Virus record (IMG/VR): IMGVR_UViG_3300033489_000513
Reading direction: 5' to 3' (one strand)
DNA length: 64,000 bases
From: a virus
Under the pieces are notes generated by a model. That model saw only the letters and a list, made by a program, of their open reading frames with translations. It was not told the DNA's origin and did not search any database. This document shows positions 62,858-64,000 of this stretch, piece after piece. A program made the position numbers and the translations under genes. Every line of letters begins with the position of its first letter. Position 1 is the stretch's first letter.

Positions 62858-63094
62858 CTAAAAATCATTTCCTACTGCATATTTTCGCATAGAGGAATAT
62901 TCGGTTTCTTCCTTGCCAATCTCAAAAGTTCCACCAGAATTATAATAGACGGGATTATTCTCTAAAATTGAGAAGGATTGAAAAAATGGACAATGTTCGG
63001 GATAATGCTCAAAACTTAAATGAGCTTCCCGCGCGGGGCATTGTTTTTGGATACATTTTTGGCAAGGGGGGGGTAATTCGGGGGGGTAATTCAT
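62858..63094 (-). CDS. small Cys-containing protein
   Basis: CQKC..C..HCPF. Confidence 0.5.
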   Translation of the reverse strand: MNYPPELPPPCQKCIQKQCPAREAHLSFEHYPEHCPFFQSFSILENNPVYYNSGGTFEIGKEETEYSSMRKYAVGNDF

Positions 63095-63263
63095 TTTAGA
63101 TATATCTCAACACCATCTTGTGAAGACAATTGTATTGCAGTGTTTATATATGGCTCGAAGTACGCAACCAAAATGGTTGTGATTCTTGTTGCGTCCGCAT
63201 CTTTCGCCCGCTCCGCATCATCTTGGAGTTGGTGGAGACAGTCATATATCTCTCTAAGCTTGT

Positions 63264-63707
63264 TTAGGTGGGAGACATTCGTAATTTGGTCATCTCCTTA
63301 TCCTTATTGCACCAATTTATTATTTCTTTGTCCATACTCTCTACAATCGGGCCTGTTTGTGCCAAGTTCTTTTCATCCCGTACTGCTTGAAATTGGTGGT
63401 AATTGCAGAAAACTTGTATAGGGCACGTCTTACATGCTAATACCCCATTTTTCATAGGACACACGAGGGAGAAGCAATTCTCTACTTGTGCCGTCATTGG
63501 TGCTACTTCCACGGACCTAATTGCCCAATTTGCATCCAAGAAAAATGTCATACTGACATTCAACATAGGATGTCGCCATGCGAATTTTCCAGGTAGGCGA
63601 TCTACCGTTACTTCGATCTCGTGCCATAAGTTGATTCCGTTTTTCAAACATCGTGGACATGGGAAACTAATTATTTTTTTTTCCATATTTTTCACCTTCA
63701 ATTTCAA
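63264..63707 (-). CDS. Cys-rich hypothetical protein
   Basis: CPRC, CPMK..CKTCP..C. Confidence 0.55.
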   Translation of the reverse strand: MKLKVKNMEKKIISFPCPRCLKNGINLWHEIEVTVDRLPGKFAWRHPMLNVSMTFFLDANWAIRSVEVAPMTAQVENCFSLVCPMKNGVLACKTCPIQVFCNYHQFQAVRDEKNLAQTGPIVESMDKEIINWCNKDKEMTKLRMSPT

Positions 63708-63833
63708 TTTGATTTGCGTATTTTCCTAACAAACAACCTAAACATTGAAGCTCGGATTTTATTTTACACGTTCCTCCTGATTTCTCTGTACAAGAGTAAT
63801 AGTATTTTTTGCCATCTATGACGATTTCTTTTC

Positions 63834-64000
63834 TCATACTTTTCGCCTTTTTTTATTATTGGAGACCCAAATAGTCTGGATTTCATCAAATTCTTCGTGG
63901 GTGGGAGGTTCCAAATTTTGAATCATACGATCAAGAACTCCTTCTGGAACTTGTCTGTTTCGCTTTAAATTTCGTTCGTGGAAGAAAAGTGGATCCCCAT
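63834..64000 (-). CDS. C-terminal fragment of a PNK-like (AAA_33) kinase, truncated by window end
   Basis: manual translation ...HERNLKRNRQVPEGVLDRMIQNLEPPTHEEFDEI... Confidence 0.55.
   Translation of the reverse strand, partial: GDPLFFHERNLKRNRQVPEGVLDRMIQNLEPPTHEEFDEIQTIWVSNNKKRRKV

Noticed and set aside
818-63729. Numerous opposite-strand ORFs in the six-frame track (e.g. 10957-11310, 24430-24780, 36183-36566, 61638-62033)
   Set aside because: They are shadows fully overlapping better-supported genes, lack promoters/RBS and show no motifs.
1-64000. Stop-codon reassignment, and virion structural or DNA polymerase genes
   Set aside because: Known proteins (PCNA, Thg1, ligase, TnpB) are uninterrupted in the standard code; no capsid, portal, terminase or PolB motifs were recognised, so the viral assignment rests on gene content and organisation only.

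Overview
AT-rich, densely packed 64-kb segment of what is most likely a large archaeal virus or virus-like element. Evidence: an archaeal-type PCNA, TATA-box promoters ~25 nt upstream of start codons, and >100 small ORFs, many of them Cys/Zn-rich. No capsid, portal, terminase or DNA polymerase gene was recognisable. Recognisable genes: ERCC4/XPF nuclease, Cas4-like exonuclease, HNH nuclease, AEP-like protein, P-loop helicase-like protein, canonical PCNA plus a second divergent PCNA-like protein, RNA-repair enzymes (Thg1-like, Rnl1-like ligase, partial PNK-like kinase), two radical-SAM-like proteins, a DUF2828 vWA protein, an ArdC-like protein and a TnpB-only insertion. Main discovery: 13 (+1 degenerate) dispersed minus-strand small-RNA-like elements of 51-74 nt. 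Each is closed by a covarying stem plus an invariant kink-turn (NAUGAUCG...CGUGA) and encloses a unique 26-47 nt spacer; most have their own TATA promoter. In 11 of 13 the spacer carries an anti-start codon (CAU/CAC) 3-6 nt after the k-turn, so the spacers read like antisense copies of translation-initiation regions: a candidate virus-encoded, L7Ae-dependent guide-RNA repertoire. Also notable: a triple covarying stem-loop array with an anti-unit upstream of DUF2828, a reconstructable TnpB insertion into one sRNA promoter, a degenerate type I-E-like repeat-spacer-repeat, a GTGAG/CTCAC promoter grammar with ~80-bp repeated cassettes, and an iteron-like candidate origin. All family calls are from motif recognition only; no database searches were run.
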